NCBI GenBank assembly: GCA_963826995.1
Contig: CAWGYZ010000006.1
Coordinates: 269,917 to 333,916 of the forward strand
Length of the DNA: 64,000 nucleotides
From: an uncultured Solirubrobacteraceae bacterium
Lineage (GTDB): Bacteria > Actinomycetota > Thermoleophilia > Solirubrobacterales > Solirubrobacteraceae
Reading direction: 5' to 3'
Shown here one piece after another: positions 34,894 through 45,633 of this stretch; position 1 is the stretch's first letter; each line of letters begins with the position of its first letter. The notes under the pieces are model-generated. The model searched no databases and had not been told where the DNA came from. It saw only the letters and a list, made by a program, of their open reading frames with translations. The position numbers and the translations under genes are program-made.

Positions 34894-36624
34894 CTAGACG
34901 CGGCCCAGCCGCCCGCGAATCAGGCGGCTCACCTGGTGAGCCTCGGGCACGTGCATCACGAGCACGGCGCGCATGTACACGAGCAGCCCCGCCAGCCCCG
35001 CCGCACCGACGCTCGCGATCTGCGCGATCAGCGACCTGCCGAGCAGGTCCTCGAGCACCCTCCAGACCACCCATGAAACTCCCGCCAGCAGAGCTGAGGC
35101 GAGCAGTATGCGGGCCGTGATCATCGTCGTCTGGGCGCCTTCCAGGCGGCCGTTGAAGCCGATGCGCAGGCGCCAGAACTGCAGCCCGGCCATCACGAGA
35201 TTGGCCACGACCGTGCCGATGATCAACCCGGCGATGCCGAGCGGCTTGTACAAACCGATCGAGACGATGATGTCGACGATGATGTTCAGGGCCGCCAGGC
35301 GGGTCGGGATCCACGGGCGTTGAACGGAGAAGAAGACGCGTGTCAACAGGAGGTTGATGCCCCCGAACGGCAGGCTGAACGCGAACCAGAAGAGTGCTTC
35401 AGAGACCAGTTCAGTCGACCTTGCATCGAAATGGCCGCGTTCGAACACGAGCCTCACCACCGGCGTGGTGAGCACGATCAGGAACACCGCCGAGGGGATC
35501 AGCAGCAGGTTGATCTGGCGCATGCCGACCCCGATGATGCGGCGCATGTTGGTGGGATCGCGCCTGGCCGCCATGCGGCTGAGCGTGGGGAACAACACGG
35601 TCGCCACCGCCACGCTGAACAGGCCCTGGGGCAGCATGTAGATGCGGAACGCGTTGTCGATCGCGCGCGGTGCTTCGCGCGAGACGAGCGTGCCGAACAC
35701 CGAGTTGATCAGCTGATCGAGGTTCACGATGCCCAGCCCGATCGTCACCGGGAGCATCAGGGCGAACACCTGCCGGATGCGCGGGTCATGCCAGTCGATC
35801 GCAAACGCCAGGCGGAAGTCGATCCGCGCCAGCGCGCCGAAGACCATCAGGAACTGCACGCCCGTCGCCGCCAGGATCGCGATCGCATACGCATACAGCT
35901 GATCGCCGTTTTCCACGCCGCCCTGGAAGTGGGGTCGCAGGACGACGAGCAGCACGATGATCACGACGTTCCACACCGCCGGGGAGATCGCCGGGATGGT
36001 GAAATGTTCGTAGGACTGCAGAACCCCCACCAGCAGCCCGATCAGGCCGATCAGCAGCACCACCGGGAACAGCACCTGCGAGAGCCCGACCGTGAGCGCG
36101 TTCAGCTGCGGGCCGAACGTGGGACCTGTGAACAGCGGCATGATCACCCCGGCCGCCAGCACGAAGAACGCGGTCAGCGCGCCCAGGGCGATCAGCATGA
36201 TCCAGAACAGGGTCGAGGCGAGCCGGAACGCCTCCTTGCGCTTGCCCTGCTGGAGCAGGTCGGTGAACACCGGCACGAACGCCGCCGACAGTGCGGCGTT
36301 GGCGAACAGGTTGGCCACGAGGTTGGGGATCTGGAAGGCGATCGTGAACGCGGACGCGGGCCCGCCCGTGCCGAAGAAGCTCGCTGCGACGATTTCGCGC
36401 GCGAGGCCCACGACGCGGGAAATGCCGGTCGCGATCGCGAAGATCGCCGTGTTGCGCGCGACCCGTTCTCGTCCGCCGCCTGCGCCCTCACCCGGGCCGT
36501 GCTCCGGGAGGGTCATGCCGCCGTATTCCTCCCCGAAGCTGCCGTCGGGGATGCCTATCACCTCGCCGGAGAGATCCGGCAGGGGCGCTCCAGGGGGTTC
36601 GCCGGCTCCCGAGCTCTCGGACAA
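34894..36624 (-). CDS. murJ: lipid II flippase MurJ
   Basis: 576 aa. NTAIFAIATGISRVVGLAREIVAASFFG...ASAFTIAFQIPNLVANLFANAALSAAFVPVF is the MurJ/MviN N-terminal signature, and there are about 14 TM segments. The start is uncertain (TTG at 36624 or ATG at 36516). Confidence 0.85.
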   Translation of the reverse strand: MSESSGAGEPPGAPLPDLSGEVIGIPDGSFGEEYGGMTLPEHGPGEGAGGGRERVARNTAIFAIATGISRVVGLAREIVAASFFGTGGPASAFTIAFQIPNLVANLFANAALSAAFVPVFTDLLQQGKRKEAFRLASTLFWIMLIALGALTAFFVLAAGVIMPLFTGPTFGPQLNALTVGLSQVLFPVVLLIGLIGLLVGVLQSYEHFTIPAISPAVWNVVIIVLLVVLRPHFQGGVENGDQLYAYAIAILAATGVQFLMVFGALARIDFRLAFAIDWHDPRIRQVFALMLPVTIGLGIVNLDQLINSVFGTLVSREAPRAIDNAFRIYMLPQGLFSVAVATVLFPTLSRMAARRDPTNMRRIIGVGMRQINLLLIPSAVFLIVLTTPVVRLVFERGHFDARSTELVSEALFWFAFSLPFGGINLLLTRVFFSVQRPWIPTRLAALNIIVDIIVSIGLYKPLGIAGLIIGTVVANLVMAGLQFWRLRIGFNGRLEGAQTTMITARILLASALLAGVSWVVWRVLEDLLGRSLIAQIASVGAAGLAGLLVYMRAVLVMHVPEAHQVSRLIRGRLGRV

Positions 36625-36692
36625 GGCCGCTATAGTACGGCGCTCTACGGCGCGCGCCCGCGGTCTCTGCCCGGAGCGTGCCGCAACAGCTC

Positions 36693-36953
36693 ATGGCCAA
36701 CATTCATTCCCAGAAGAAGCGCATCCTCCGCTCCGAGCGCGAGCGTCTGGAGAACCGCCGCTACACCTCGGCGATCAAGACCTACTTCCGCCATCTCGAG
36801 GCCGCCGTGCAGAGTGGCGACGCGCCCGCCGCCGAGTCCGAGCACCTGCGCCTGCAGCGCACGATCGACAAGGCCGTCAAGGTCGGTGCCATGCACCGCA
36901 ACACGGGCGCACACAGGAAGTCCCGCGCCGCACGCCTGCTCGCCGGCCGCTGA
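36693..36953 (+). CDS. rpsT: 30S ribosomal protein S20
   Basis: ATG at 36693: MANIHSQKKRILRSERERLENRRYTSAIKTYFR..., 86 aa. Confidence 0.9.
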   Translation: MANIHSQKKRILRSERERLENRRYTSAIKTYFRHLEAAVQSGDAPAAESEHLRLQRTIDKAVKVGAMHRNTGAHRKSRAARLLAGR

Positions 36954-36957
36954 GCGG

Positions 36958-37971
36958 CTAGCTCGTCATACGCTCGATCGCTCGCAGCGCGAGCGTATCC
37001 TCCTCGAGGCCAGCCGCCGGCGCCCGAGCGAAGGACAGCACGGCGCCGCCGCGCGAGTCGATCTCGAGCTCGGACAGCACGCCCAGCGCCCGGCGCAGGC
37101 GGTCGGGGTCGGTACGGGCGACCTCGGCCAGGAGCCGGTCGGCCGCAAACGCCGGCATGCGCAGGCTGCGCTTGACGGTAGCCGCAGACTCGCCGGCGCG
37201 CAGGCGCACGGCGACTTCGAGCGCGTCGCGCAGCCGCTGAGCCATCATGTATGTCAGCCCCGCCAGGCGCTCGCCCTGCTCGCGCAGTCGCAGGTATGTC
37301 AGCGTCGCCTCACGCCCGTTGCCGGCCACGAGCGCATCTGCCAGCGCGAACGTTCGCCGCTCGGCCGAATGGGCGGCGCGCGCCTCAATGTCCTCCACGC
37401 CCACCGTGGTCCTGCCGTCCACCTCGTCGCCTTCGAGCGCCAGCTTCTCGAGCTCGCGCAGCAGCCGCTGCTGGCGCTGGCCCACCTGGTCGACGAGCGC
37501 CTTGGCGGCGACGCCCTCCAATGAGATGTTCATGCGAGCGGCCTGCGCGCGCACCCAGCCGCCGAGCTCGCGCGGCTTGACGGTCATCTGCGCAACCACC
37601 TGCCCGCCGGCCCTCCCGACCGCCTGATGCAGCGCCGCCGGCACCTTGGCGCGAGCGTCCTCCCGGGCGAACAGCGCCAGCGTCGTCTCCGGCGGCATCT
37701 CGGCCATCGCCGGCACCACATGCTTCTCGACATCGGCCTGGCGCCAGCGCTCGACGCCTTCGACGAGGATCACCCTGCGGCCCGTCGCCAGCGTCATCGC
37801 CTGAAGCGCCTGCGCGACCGCCTCCGGCGTGCCCCTGTCGCCCTCGAGCAACTCAACGCTGCCGGCTCCGCCGCCCTCTCCCTCGGCGAGCGCGCGCAGG
37901 CCGGCCCGGCGCTCGGCCACGGCGCCATGGTCGTCGCCGTGGATCAGATACACGGGCTTCAGCTCGGGCAT
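36958..37971 (-). CDS. holA: DNA polymerase III subunit delta
   Basis: 337 aa. N-terminus KPVYLIHGDDHGAV. The size and its position between rpsT and leuS fit the conserved holA neighbourhood in Gram-positives. The sequence motifs are weak. Confidence 0.75.
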   Translation of the reverse strand: MPELKPVYLIHGDDHGAVAERRAGLRALAEGEGGGAGSVELLEGDRGTPEAVAQALQAMTLATGRRVILVEGVERWRQADVEKHVVPAMAEMPPETTLALFAREDARAKVPAALHQAVGRAGGQVVAQMTVKPRELGGWVRAQAARMNISLEGVAAKALVDQVGQRQQRLLRELEKLALEGDEVDGRTTVGVEDIEARAAHSAERRTFALADALVAGNGREATLTYLRLREQGERLAGLTYMMAQRLRDALEVAVRLRAGESAATVKRSLRMPAFAADRLLAEVARTDPDRLRRALGVLSELEIDSRGGAVLSFARAPAAGLEEDTLALRAIERMTS

Positions 37972-37974
37972 CGC

Positions 37975-40554
37975 TCAGCGCACCACCAGGTTCACGAGCT
38001 TGCCGGGAACGACGATCTCCTTGACGATCTCCCGGCCATCGAGGTGCGCCTGCACGTTGGGCGCCAGCCGGCACAGCTCCTTGAGCTCCTCCGGGCTCGC
38101 GCCCGAGGCCGCCTGCACGCGGTCGCGCAGCTTGCCGTTGACCTGGCAGACGAGCTCATAGGAGTCGCTCTCGAGGAGCTCCTGGTCGGCCTGGGGCCAT
38201 GGCCGCTCCCACACTCGCTCTCCGGTCAGGCGGTCGAACATGTCCGAGCAGGCGTGTGGAGCGAACGGGAACAGCAGCGAGGCGGCGGTGGCCAGCGCGA
38301 ACCGCAGCGTCTCGATCTCGGCGGTCTCCCGCAACCGCGAGCATTCGTTGAGCAGCTCCATCACCGCGGCGATGGCCGTGTTGAACGCGAACCGCCGCAG
38401 ATCGCCGCTGACCTTCTCGATCGCCCAGTGCGTCTTGCGCAGCAGCACCAGGTCCTCGCCCTGCGCGGCCGCGGTGCCCACCCACTCGCCGGCGGGCGGC
38501 CCCGCCCGCTCGGCGACCTCCGCGGCCAGCCGCCACAGCCTTCCGAGGAAGCGATGCACCCCCTCGACACCCTCGTCAGACCATTCCGCGTCCTGGTCCG
38601 GGGGCCCGACGAACAGGATGTAGCAGCGAGCCGTGTCGGCGCCGAGGCGCTCGACGATCGAGGCCGGTGACACGACGTTGCCCCTGGACTTGCTCATCTT
38701 GGCGCCGTCCTTGGTCACCATCCCCTGCGTGAACAGAGCGCTGAAGGGCTCCTGGAAGTCCACATGGCCGAGGTCCGCGAGCGCCTTGCAGAAGAAACGC
38801 GCGTACATCAGGTGCAGGATCGCGTGCTCCACGCCGCCGATGTACTGATCGACCGGCATCCACTCCCGCAGCGCCGCCGGATCCCACGCGGCCTGGTCGT
38901 TGCCCGCGTCGCAGTAGCGCAGGAAGTACCAGGAGGAGTCCACGAAGGTGTCCATCGTGTCCGTCTCTCTGCGCCCCTCGCCCCCGCACGACGGGCAGCT
39001 GGTGCGCACCCAGTCCTCCGCCGCGGCCAGCGGCGAGCGGCCTTTGGGCGTGTAATCCTCGATGTCGGGCAGCTCCACCGGCAGCTGCTCACTCGGAACC
39101 GGCACCATCCCGCAGCTCTCGCAGTAGACGATCGGGATCGGGCAGCCCCAGTAGCGCTGCCTGGACACCAGCCAGTCGCGCAGCCGGTAGTTGACCGAGG
39201 CGTGGCCCTTGCCCTCGCGGTCAAGCCACTCCACGATCGCCGTCAGCGCCTCGCGGTTGCCCATCCCGTCGAAATCGGGCCGCGAGTCGACGAGCGTGCC
39301 GTCGCCGGCATAGGGCAGTCCGTCCTCATCCCCGCCACCGCCCTCAGCGCCCGCGTCGTCCGCCCGTCCGCCTTCGATCACGCGGCGTATCGGCAGATCG
39401 AAGGCCCGCGCGAAGGCGTAGTCGCGCTCGTCGTGGGCCGGCACGGCCATGATCGCGCCGGTCCCGTACTCCATCAGCACGTAGTCGGCGACGTACATCG
39501 GAATCTGCTCGCCGTTGACGGGGTTGGTGACCGTGCGCCCGAGCGCCACCCCGGTCTTCGGCTTCTCGGCGTTGCCCCGGTCCTCGCTCGTCTCCGTGAG
39601 CGCGTGGTTGACGTACTCGCGCACAGCCTGCTCGTGCTCGGTTCCGGCCGCCAGGCGCATCACGTCCGGGTGCTCTGGGGCCATCACGAAGAACGTGGCG
39701 CCGAACAGCGTGTCCGGGCGCGTCGTGAACACCGGGTAGTCGATCTCGAGCTCCTCGCAGCGGAACGTCACCTCGGCGCCCTCGCTGCGCCCGATCCAGT
39801 TGCGCTGCATGGTCTTCACGTGCTCGGGCCAATCGATGTCCTGCAGATCGCTCAACAGCCGCTCGGCATAGTCGGTGATCCGCAGGAACCACTGCTCGAG
39901 CTGGCGGACTTCGACCATGCAGCCGCAGCGCTCGCAGCGGCCCTCGCTGTCCACCTGCTCGTTGGCCAGCACGGTCTGATCGTGCGGGCACCACTTGACC
40001 GCGGCCTCCTTGCGATAGGCCAGACCGGCCGCGAACAGCTCGAGGAAGATCCACTGCGTCCAGCGGTAGTAGCTCGGTTCCGAGGTGGCCAGCTCGCGCG
40101 ACCAGTCGATCGAGATCCCCCAGGAGCGGAACTGCTGCTGGAATGACGCGATCGACTCGGCCGTCGACACGCGGGGATGCACGCCCGTCCTGATCGCATG
40201 GTTCTCGGCCGGCAGCCCGAATGCGTCGTAGCCCATCGGGTGCAGCACGCGGCGGCCCAGCCGGCGGTGGAAGTGGGCGATCGCGTCCCCCACCGAGTAG
40301 CACTTGAGGTGGCCGATGTGCGGCTCTCCGCTCGGGTAGGGAAGCATCTCGAGCACATATGAGCGCAGCTCCGCGTTCCTCGCGGAGCCTCGCGCGTCCT
40401 CCGGCTCCCCCAGGCCGTCGTCGTTGGAGACCTCCCACGTGCGCTCGCGGGCCCACACCGATTGCCAGCGGGGCTCTATCTCGTGGGGGTCGTAGCGATG
40501 CTCCGCCATCAAAGCCCGGAGGTTAGCGGGCGGGTTGGCCGCTTCCGCCGTCAT
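37975..40554 (-). CDS. leuS: leucine--tRNA ligase
   Basis: 859 aa. HIGH motif ([13 protein letters not shown]), KMSKS present ([10 protein letters not shown]), and the CP1 editing-domain blocks. The start could also be the internal Met at MAEHRYDP. Confidence 0.95.
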   Translation of the reverse strand: MTAEAANPPANLRALMAEHRYDPHEIEPRWQSVWARERTWEVSNDDGLGEPEDARGSARNAELRSYVLEMLPYPSGEPHIGHLKCYSVGDAIAHFHRRLGRRVLHPMGYDAFGLPAENHAIRTGVHPRVSTAESIASFQQQFRSWGISIDWSRELATSEPSYYRWTQWIFLELFAAGLAYRKEAAVKWCPHDQTVLANEQVDSEGRCERCGCMVEVRQLEQWFLRITDYAERLLSDLQDIDWPEHVKTMQRNWIGRSEGAEVTFRCEELEIDYPVFTTRPDTLFGATFFVMAPEHPDVMRLAAGTEHEQAVREYVNHALTETSEDRGNAEKPKTGVALGRTVTNPVNGEQIPMYVADYVLMEYGTGAIMAVPAHDERDYAFARAFDLPIRRVIEGGRADDAGAEGGGGDEDGLPYAGDGTLVDSRPDFDGMGNREALTAIVEWLDREGKGHASVNYRLRDWLVSRQRYWGCPIPIVYCESCGMVPVPSEQLPVELPDIEDYTPKGRSPLAAAEDWVRTSCPSCGGEGRRETDTMDTFVDSSWYFLRYCDAGNDQAAWDPAALREWMPVDQYIGGVEHAILHLMYARFFCKALADLGHVDFQEPFSALFTQGMVTKDGAKMSKSRGNVVSPASIVERLGADTARCYILFVGPPDQDAEWSDEGVEGVHRFLGRLWRLAAEVAERAGPPAGEWVGTAAAQGEDLVLLRKTHWAIEKVSGDLRRFAFNTAIAAVMELLNECSRLRETAEIETLRFALATAASLLFPFAPHACSDMFDRLTGERVWERPWPQADQELLESDSYELVCQVNGKLRDRVQAASGASPEELKELCRLAPNVQAHLDGREIVKEIVVPGKLVNLVVR

Positions 40555-40582
40555 GCGCGGGCGGCCGCGCAGCGGGTGTGCC

Positions 40583-41212
40583 TCAGGAGAAGCGAGAGCG
40601 TGCGCGCAGGGCCTCGACGACCTCGGCCGGGGCCTTGCCCGGCGAGCCGGCGTCGAACGGCGGCTGCGGGTCGTACTCGATCCCGAGCTGGATCGCCTGC
40701 GCCACCTTCACGCCGGCCACCTTCGCCGCCAGCTCGAGCGCCATGTCGATGCCGGCGGATACACCCGCCGCGGTCACGATCTTCCCGTCGAACACCACCC
40801 GCTCGGACACCGGCTCGGCGCCCATCTGACCGAGCTTCTCGAGCGCCAGCCAGTGGCTGGTCGCCCGCCTGTCCTCCAGCAGGCCCGCCGCGGCGAGGAT
40901 CAGCGAGCCCGTGCAGACCGAGGTCGTCCAGGTGCTCGTCTCGTGCACGCTGCGCAGCCACTCGAGCACCGGGCCCCCCGCACGCGCGGCGACCTCGCCG
41001 GGACCGCCCGGCACGAGCACGATGTCAGGCGCTGGGAAGTCGGAGATCGAGTGCTCGACCACGATCTCAAGGACGCCGTTGTCGGTCCTGACGGGACCGG
41101 GCTCGGCGGCCACGAACGCGAGGTTTGCTCCCGGCAGACGGCTCAGCACCTCGTAGGGCCCGATCGCGTCAAGGGCCGTGAAGCGGTCGTAGATGAGGAT
41201 GGCTATGTTCAT
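40583..41212 (-). CDS. DJ-1/PfpI family protein
   Basis: ATG at 41212: [22 protein letters not shown]..., 209 aa, with the nucleophile-elbow Cys in [16 protein letters not shown]. The ATG overlaps the stop of the upstream gene (ATGA). The upstream 234 codons of the tracked ORF were rejected. Confidence 0.85.
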   Translation of the reverse strand: MNIAILIYDRFTALDAIGPYEVLSRLPGANLAFVAAEPGPVRTDNGVLEIVVEHSISDFPAPDIVLVPGGPGEVAARAGGPVLEWLRSVHETSTWTTSVCTGSLILAAAGLLEDRRATSHWLALEKLGQMGAEPVSERVVFDGKIVTAAGVSAGIDMALELAAKVAGVKVAQAIQLGIEYDPQPPFDAGSPGKAPAEVVEALRARSRFS

Positions 41213-42219
41213 GCCGCACGCGAGGAGACGCCCTGGGATTGAAAGCGCCGCCGATACTCCGCGGGCCCGACCTCGAGCGCGCGCAGGAACACCCGGCGCA
41301 TCGTCTCGGGGGTTCCGAAGCCGCAGTCCGAGGCGACCGCCGCGATCGGATCGGCGCTGTCCTCCAGCCGCCGGCGAGCGGCTTCCAGGCGTACGCGCTC
41401 GACGTAGCGGGCCGGGGTCACACCCGTCTCGGCGCGGAAGGCGCGGGCGAAGTGGCGCGGGCTCATGTGGGCCCGGGCGGCCATCGCCTCCACCGAATGC
41501 GTGGCGGCGACGTGCTCCACAACGAAGTGCTGCAGCTCTCGCAGCGGCTCGCGGCCCGGCTGCTGGGCGGCCAGGGTCGCGCTGAACTGCGACTGGTTGC
41601 CGGGCCGGCGCAGAAACAGCACGAGATGACGGGCGATCTGCAGGGCCGCGTCGCGATCGATGTCTTCCTCCACCAGCGCCAGGGCGAGATCCATGCCCGC
41701 CGTCACGCCGGCCGAGGTCCATGTGCTCCCGTCGCGCAGGAAGATCGGCTCGGGATCGACCTGCACCTCGGGATGCCGGCGTGCCAGCTCCTGCGCGGCC
41801 GCCCAGTGGGTGGTGGCACGGCGCCCGTCCAACAGCCCCGCAGCGGCGAGCAGAAAGGCGCCGGTGCATACTCCCGCCGTTCGCCTGGCCACCGATGCGG
41901 ACCCGGAGATCCACTCGATCAGGGCGCCATCCTCGGCCGCCTCCCGCGAGCCCCTCCCGCCCGGCACGATCAGCGTGTCGATAGCCACCGGCGCCTCGGT
42001 GAGTGACCCATCGGGGGTGATGGTGAGCCCGCTCGAGGCCTTCAGCGCCAGGCCATCGCGGCTGAACGTCCGCACCTCATAACCGCGATCGCAACGAGCG
42101 CCCGCGGATATCAGCCGGGCCGCCGCGGTGAAGACCTCGAGCGGACCGGTCACGTCGAGGCTCTGGACGCCCGGGTACAGGAGGATCGCGACCTGACGGG
42201 GCGCTGCGGTTCGTTCCAT
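41209..42219 (-). CDS. GlxA-family transcriptional regulator (DJ-1-like domain + AraC HTH)
   Basis: ATG at 42219: MERTAAPRQVAILLYPGVQSLDVTGPLEVF...GVCTGAFLLAAAGLL...MSPRHFARAFRAETGVTPARYVERVRLEAARRRL, 336 aa. Confidence 0.85.
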   Translation of the reverse strand: MERTAAPRQVAILLYPGVQSLDVTGPLEVFTAAARLISAGARCDRGYEVRTFSRDGLALKASSGLTITPDGSLTEAPVAIDTLIVPGGRGSREAAEDGALIEWISGSASVARRTAGVCTGAFLLAAAGLLDGRRATTHWAAAQELARRHPEVQVDPEPIFLRDGSTWTSAGVTAGMDLALALVEEDIDRDAALQIARHLVLFLRRPGNQSQFSATLAAQQPGREPLRELQHFVVEHVAATHSVEAMAARAHMSPRHFARAFRAETGVTPARYVERVRLEAARRRLEDSADPIAAVASDCGFGTPETMRRVFLRALEVGPAEYRRRFQSQGVSSRAA

Positions 42220-42339
42220 GGCCTGATCATGACCGACACGCGATCTGTCCGCAAGGACGGATTTCCAACGTTTTCTGCCATGCCCCGCGGGCTGATGATG
42301 GCGCTCCGCGCCCCGGCCCGGCGCTTTACCATTCCCCGA

Positions 42340-43182
42340 ATGGACCCTCAGACGCCGGCTCAAGGACATCCGGGAGACGCGGGCCACGAGGCCCTCAGCG
42401 CGGCGGCGGCGCGGGTTGCAGACATCGTGACCGCCGCCGAACGCACCGCCGCCGAGCTGCGCGAGCAGGCTGAAGGCCGCGCCCAGGAGCGGATCGCCGA
42501 GGCCGACCGCGCGGCGTCCAACCGCGTGCAGGCCGCCGAGGAGGAGGCGCAGGAGATCGTCCACGCCTCCCGCTCACAGGCCGAGGCCTCCAGAAACGAG
42601 GCCCTCGCGGCGGTCGGCGGCATCTACGCAGAGGCCGAGCGCGTGCGCATCGAGGCCAATGATCACGCCGAGCGCCTGCAGATCGAGGCGGGCGAACGGG
42701 CCGAGCTGGCGCGCGCGCAGGCCCAGGAGCAGGCCGAGCAGGCGCTCACGAGCGCCCGGGCCGAGGCCGACACGATCCTTGCCGGCGCTCGCGAGCAGGC
42801 CGGGCGGCTGCTCGGCGAGGGCCGTGAGCAGGCCGAGCAGCTCGTGGCCTCCGGTGGCGAGGAGGAGCAGCGGCTGCGCCAGGAGGCCGGCGAGCAGGCC
42901 AAGGACATTCGCGCCAAGGCGCGCAGCGACGCCCGCGAGATCCTGGACGGCTCGCATGTCGTCGCCCGCGAGGTGCTCCGCGAGGGAACCGACCTGTCGC
43001 GCAACCTCCACGATCTGTCGGTGTCGCTGCGCAACAACGCCGAGCGCCTGTTGCGAGACGTGCGCCTGGCCCACGGCGGCATGACCGCTCGCCTGGACCA
43101 GGCGGGACCCGGCATGGGCGGGCGTGACCGCGACGTTCCGGGCGAAGATCTGGACGTGCCGGAGTTCATCCCGCCGGAGTAG
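42340..43182 (+). CDS. Ala/Glu/Arg-rich coiled-coil protein, hypothetical
   Basis: ATG at 42340, about 280 aa. Long heptad-like low-complexity helices (…AAELREQAEGRAQERIAEADRAASNRVQAAEEEAQEIV… …EQAEQALTSARAEADTILAGAREQAGRLLGEGREQAEQLV…). No enzyme motif. Confidence 0.5.
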   Translation: MDPQTPAQGHPGDAGHEALSAAAARVADIVTAAERTAAELREQAEGRAQERIAEADRAASNRVQAAEEEAQEIVHASRSQAEASRNEALAAVGGIYAEAERVRIEANDHAERLQIEAGERAELARAQAQEQAEQALTSARAEADTILAGAREQAGRLLGEGREQAEQLVASGGEEEQRLRQEAGEQAKDIRAKARSDAREILDGSHVVAREVLREGTDLSRNLHDLSVSLRNNAERLLRDVRLAHGGMTARLDQAGPGMGGRDRDVPGEDLDVPEFIPPE

Positions 43183-43216
43183 GTGGCTCCGGTAAACTGA
43201 GCCTCCGAGAAAGCTC

Positions 43217-43289
43217 GGGGCTATAGCTCAGCTGGGAGAGCGCTGCCATGGCATGGCAGAGGTCGTCGGTTCGAGCCCGACTAGCTCCA
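43217..43289 (+). tRNA. tRNA-Ala (anticodon GGC)
   Basis: GGGGCTA TA GCTC AGCTGGGA GAGC G CTGCC ATGGCAT GGCAG AGGTC GTCGG TTCGAGC CCGAC TAGCTCC A. The G3:U70 Ala identity pair is present. 73 nt. Confidence 0.9.
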
Positions 43290-43304
43290 CTGCAGAGGAC
43301 CGAC

Positions 43305-44354
43305 TCACGAGAGGCGGTGGCGCACCCACCAGAAGCAGAGCGCTAGGAGAATCACGGCCAGGCCGGCGAAGATGGCCGTCTCGTAGATCTGCAGGGGCCA
43401 GTAGCGGCTGGCGGGCTGATAGGTCACCGCCAGGTGAAAGCTTGCCGACAGGCGCGTGACGCACGCTTCGAACGCTTCTTCGCTGACGGCGTGAGCACCG
43501 CCGTCGGCGGGCGGCGCCCCGATGTTCGGGCAGGCCGAGCGCAGGAATGCGTGCATCGAGGAGGCTGTCGGGGCCCGGCCCGCCCCATCCACGATCTGAG
43601 CTGAATGGACCCATGCGTTGGGGATGCGGGTGCCACGGGCCACGAACGTCACGGCCCCGGGGCCGGCGCCTTCGAAGCCCACCATCGAGGCGGATCTGAG
43701 CACCGCGGTGGTATGGGCCGGGGCGATGAGATGCGCCCGCAGCCAATATGTCATGGCCAGTCGTGCGCCGGCGAACGCGACGAGCGTGCTGAGGATCGCC
43801 GGCATGGTCCGCCGCAGGAGTGCCCCGGACAGGGCGCCCACGGCGAAGGCGAACGCGGCATAACCGACTGCCACGAGACCGCGCTCATCGAACACTCCCG
43901 GGGTGATGCGGTTCATGTTCACCCGGTCGATCGGACTGAACCACCACGTCACCATCAGGCTGAACAGCCCGGCCACAGCGATGCTGGCCAGCCCGGCGAG
44001 CGCGAGCTTGACCGCCAGCCAGCGGGTGCGGGTGATGCTCTGCGTCCAGGCGAGCCGGTAGGTGCCGCTTTCAAGCTCGCGCGCGATCAGTGGCGCCCCC
44101 CAGAAGATCCCGGTGAGAACCGGGACCGTGAGCAGGATCGGGCCGAGCAGGTTGCGCAGGACTTCGTAGTGGGAGAGAAACGACGCTTCGGCCGTCGCGC
44201 AGTCGCCGTGTGCCCTGCAGGTCGCGATCCCGCCGGCGTCATACAGATCTCTCAGGTGCAGGCCGGTCGGTATGAGAACGGCAGCGGACACCGCCAGGAA
44301 GACCAGCGCGGCGACGGACTGCATCCGGAACTGGCGCCAGGTCAGCCAGATCAT
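43305..44354 (-). CDS. ABC transporter permease (ABC-2-like)
   Basis: 349 aa. MIWLTWRQFRMQSVAALVFLAV..., about 6 TM segments with a large first loop. It overlaps the ATPase gene by 4 bp. Confidence 0.7.
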   Translation of the reverse strand: MIWLTWRQFRMQSVAALVFLAVSAAVLIPTGLHLRDLYDAGGIATCRAHGDCATAEASFLSHYEVLRNLLGPILLTVPVLTGIFWGAPLIARELESGTYRLAWTQSITRTRWLAVKLALAGLASIAVAGLFSLMVTWWFSPIDRVNMNRITPGVFDERGLVAVGYAAFAFAVGALSGALLRRTMPAILSTLVAFAGARLAMTYWLRAHLIAPAHTTAVLRSASMVGFEGAGPGAVTFVARGTRIPNAWVHSAQIVDGAGRAPTASSMHAFLRSACPNIGAPPADGGAHAVSEEAFEACVTRLSASFHLAVTYQPASRYWPLQIYETAIFAGLAVILLALCFWWVRHRLS

Positions 44355-45244
44355 CGCTCCGCCTCCGCTTGGCCGCGCTCACGGTCGTCGACGACAGCCT
44401 GACCCATGTAGCCGAGCACCAGGTCTTCGAGACTGACCTCCTCCACGGCCCAGGCGGGATCGTGGATCGGCTCCTCGGTGCGGATGAGCAGCGTGCTCTG
44501 GCGGTCGGTATGGCTGGCCTGGATGACCTGCTGGCTTTGCGGGAGCCTCGCCAGGTCCCTGCGCGGCCCCGTCAGCCGGCGGTGCGTCGCGAGCAGCTCC
44601 TCGACGTCGCCGGCGCACTGCACGCGCGAAGCGGCCAGCAGGACCAGGTAGTCACAGACGCGCTCGAGGTCAGCGATGTGATGCGAGGACAGCAGCACGC
44701 TGACCCCACCCTCCGCGGCGATCTCCATCAGCCCGCCCAGGAACTCGCGCCGCGCCAGGGGGTCCAGGCTCGCCACCGGCTCATCGAGCACCAGCAGCTG
44801 GGGTCGCTTGGCCACCGCCAGCGTGAGCGCGAGCTGGGCCCGCTGCCCGCCCGAGAGCTGCCCGGCCCGCTGGTCGGGGTCGAGTCCGAGCTCCTCGATG
44901 CGGCGGCGGGCCAGGCCGCTGTCCCAGCCGGGATTCAGGTGAGCGCCGAGGCGGAGGTGATCGGCGACGCTCAGGGTCGAGTAGAGGGGGGTCTCCTGGG
45001 CAACGAAGCCGATGCGGGCCAGCTGCGCCGGGCTGGCAGCGACGGCTTCGCCCATCACCGCGATGGTGCCCGAGGTCGGCTTCAGGAGGCCGACCGCGAG
45101 GTGCAGCAGAGTCGTCTTTCCGGCCCCGTTGGGGCCGACAAGACCAGCGACTCGACCGGCCGGGATCCGCAGCGTGCAGTCGCTCAGCGCCAGGCGACGG
45201 CCGTAGCGCTTGCCGACAGCCGCGGCCTCGAGGACGGGGGTCAC
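44351..45244 (-). CDS. ABC transporter ATP-binding protein
   Basis: GTG at 45244 (VTPVLEAAAVGKRYG) overlaps the GntR stop (GTGA). Walker A GPNGAGKTTLL, signature LSGGQRAQLAL, Walker B LLVLDEP. Confidence 0.9.
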   Translation of the reverse strand: MTPVLEAAAVGKRYGRRLALSDCTLRIPAGRVAGLVGPNGAGKTTLLHLAVGLLKPTSGTIAVMGEAVAASPAQLARIGFVAQETPLYSTLSVADHLRLGAHLNPGWDSGLARRRIEELGLDPDQRAGQLSGGQRAQLALTLAVAKRPQLLVLDEPVASLDPLARREFLGGLMEIAAEGGVSVLLSSHHIADLERVCDYLVLLAASRVQCAGDVEELLATHRRLTGPRRDLARLPQSQQVIQASHTDRQSTLLIRTEEPIHDPAWAVEEVSLEDLVLGYMGQAVVDDRERGQAEAER

Positions 45245-45633
45245 GCTACGACTTCGAGAGTGGCGGACCGAAAGGTGTCGCGGAAGAGCGCCTCGATGCT
45301 GTCGTCGTCCAGGCCGGCACGACGGGCCTTGCCGAGCCACCGCTGCAGCTCTCGGCGGAGCGGCCCATGCGCCGCGAGCGACTCGTCGCTCAGCGTCCTC
45401 GTCACGAATGTCCCAACCCCCGGACGGGCCGACACCAATCCTTCGTGCTCCAGCTCTCGGTAGGCCTTCAGCACGGTATTGGGGTTGATCGCCAGGTGCG
45501 CCACCGCCTCCTTGACGGTCGGCAGCTGGTCGCCCTTGCGCAGCAGGCCAAGTCGCAGAGCCTGGCGGACCTGCTGGACGACCTGTAGATACGGCGCGAC
45601 CCCCGAGCGGGAGTCCAGGTGGAACTCGATCAT
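45241..45633 (-). CDS. GntR-family (YtrA-type) transcriptional regulator
   Basis: 130 aa. PYLQVVQQVRQALRLGLLRKGDQLPTVKEAVAHLAINPNTVLKAYRELEHEGLV. It is the first gene of a GntR-ABC ATPase-permease operon. Confidence 0.9.
   Translation of the reverse strand: MIEFHLDSRSGVAPYLQVVQQVRQALRLGLLRKGDQLPTVKEAVAHLAINPNTVLKAYRELEHEGLVSARPGVGTFVTRTLSDESLAAHGPLRRELQRWLGKARRAGLDDDSIEALFRDTFRSATLEVVA

Noticed and set aside
35320-37524. 734-aa + strand ORF
   Set aside because: It is antisense to murJ, out of frame with rpsT, and antisense to holA. Its composition is dominated by R/H/E/Q/D runs, and it crosses three genuine genes.
38764-40456. 460-aa (+) and 370-aa (-) ORFs inside leuS
   Set aside because: They are antisense or off-frame relative to leuS (HIGH and KMSKS motifs present in the 37975-40554 frame). 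Both are Arg/Gly/Ala-rich artefacts.
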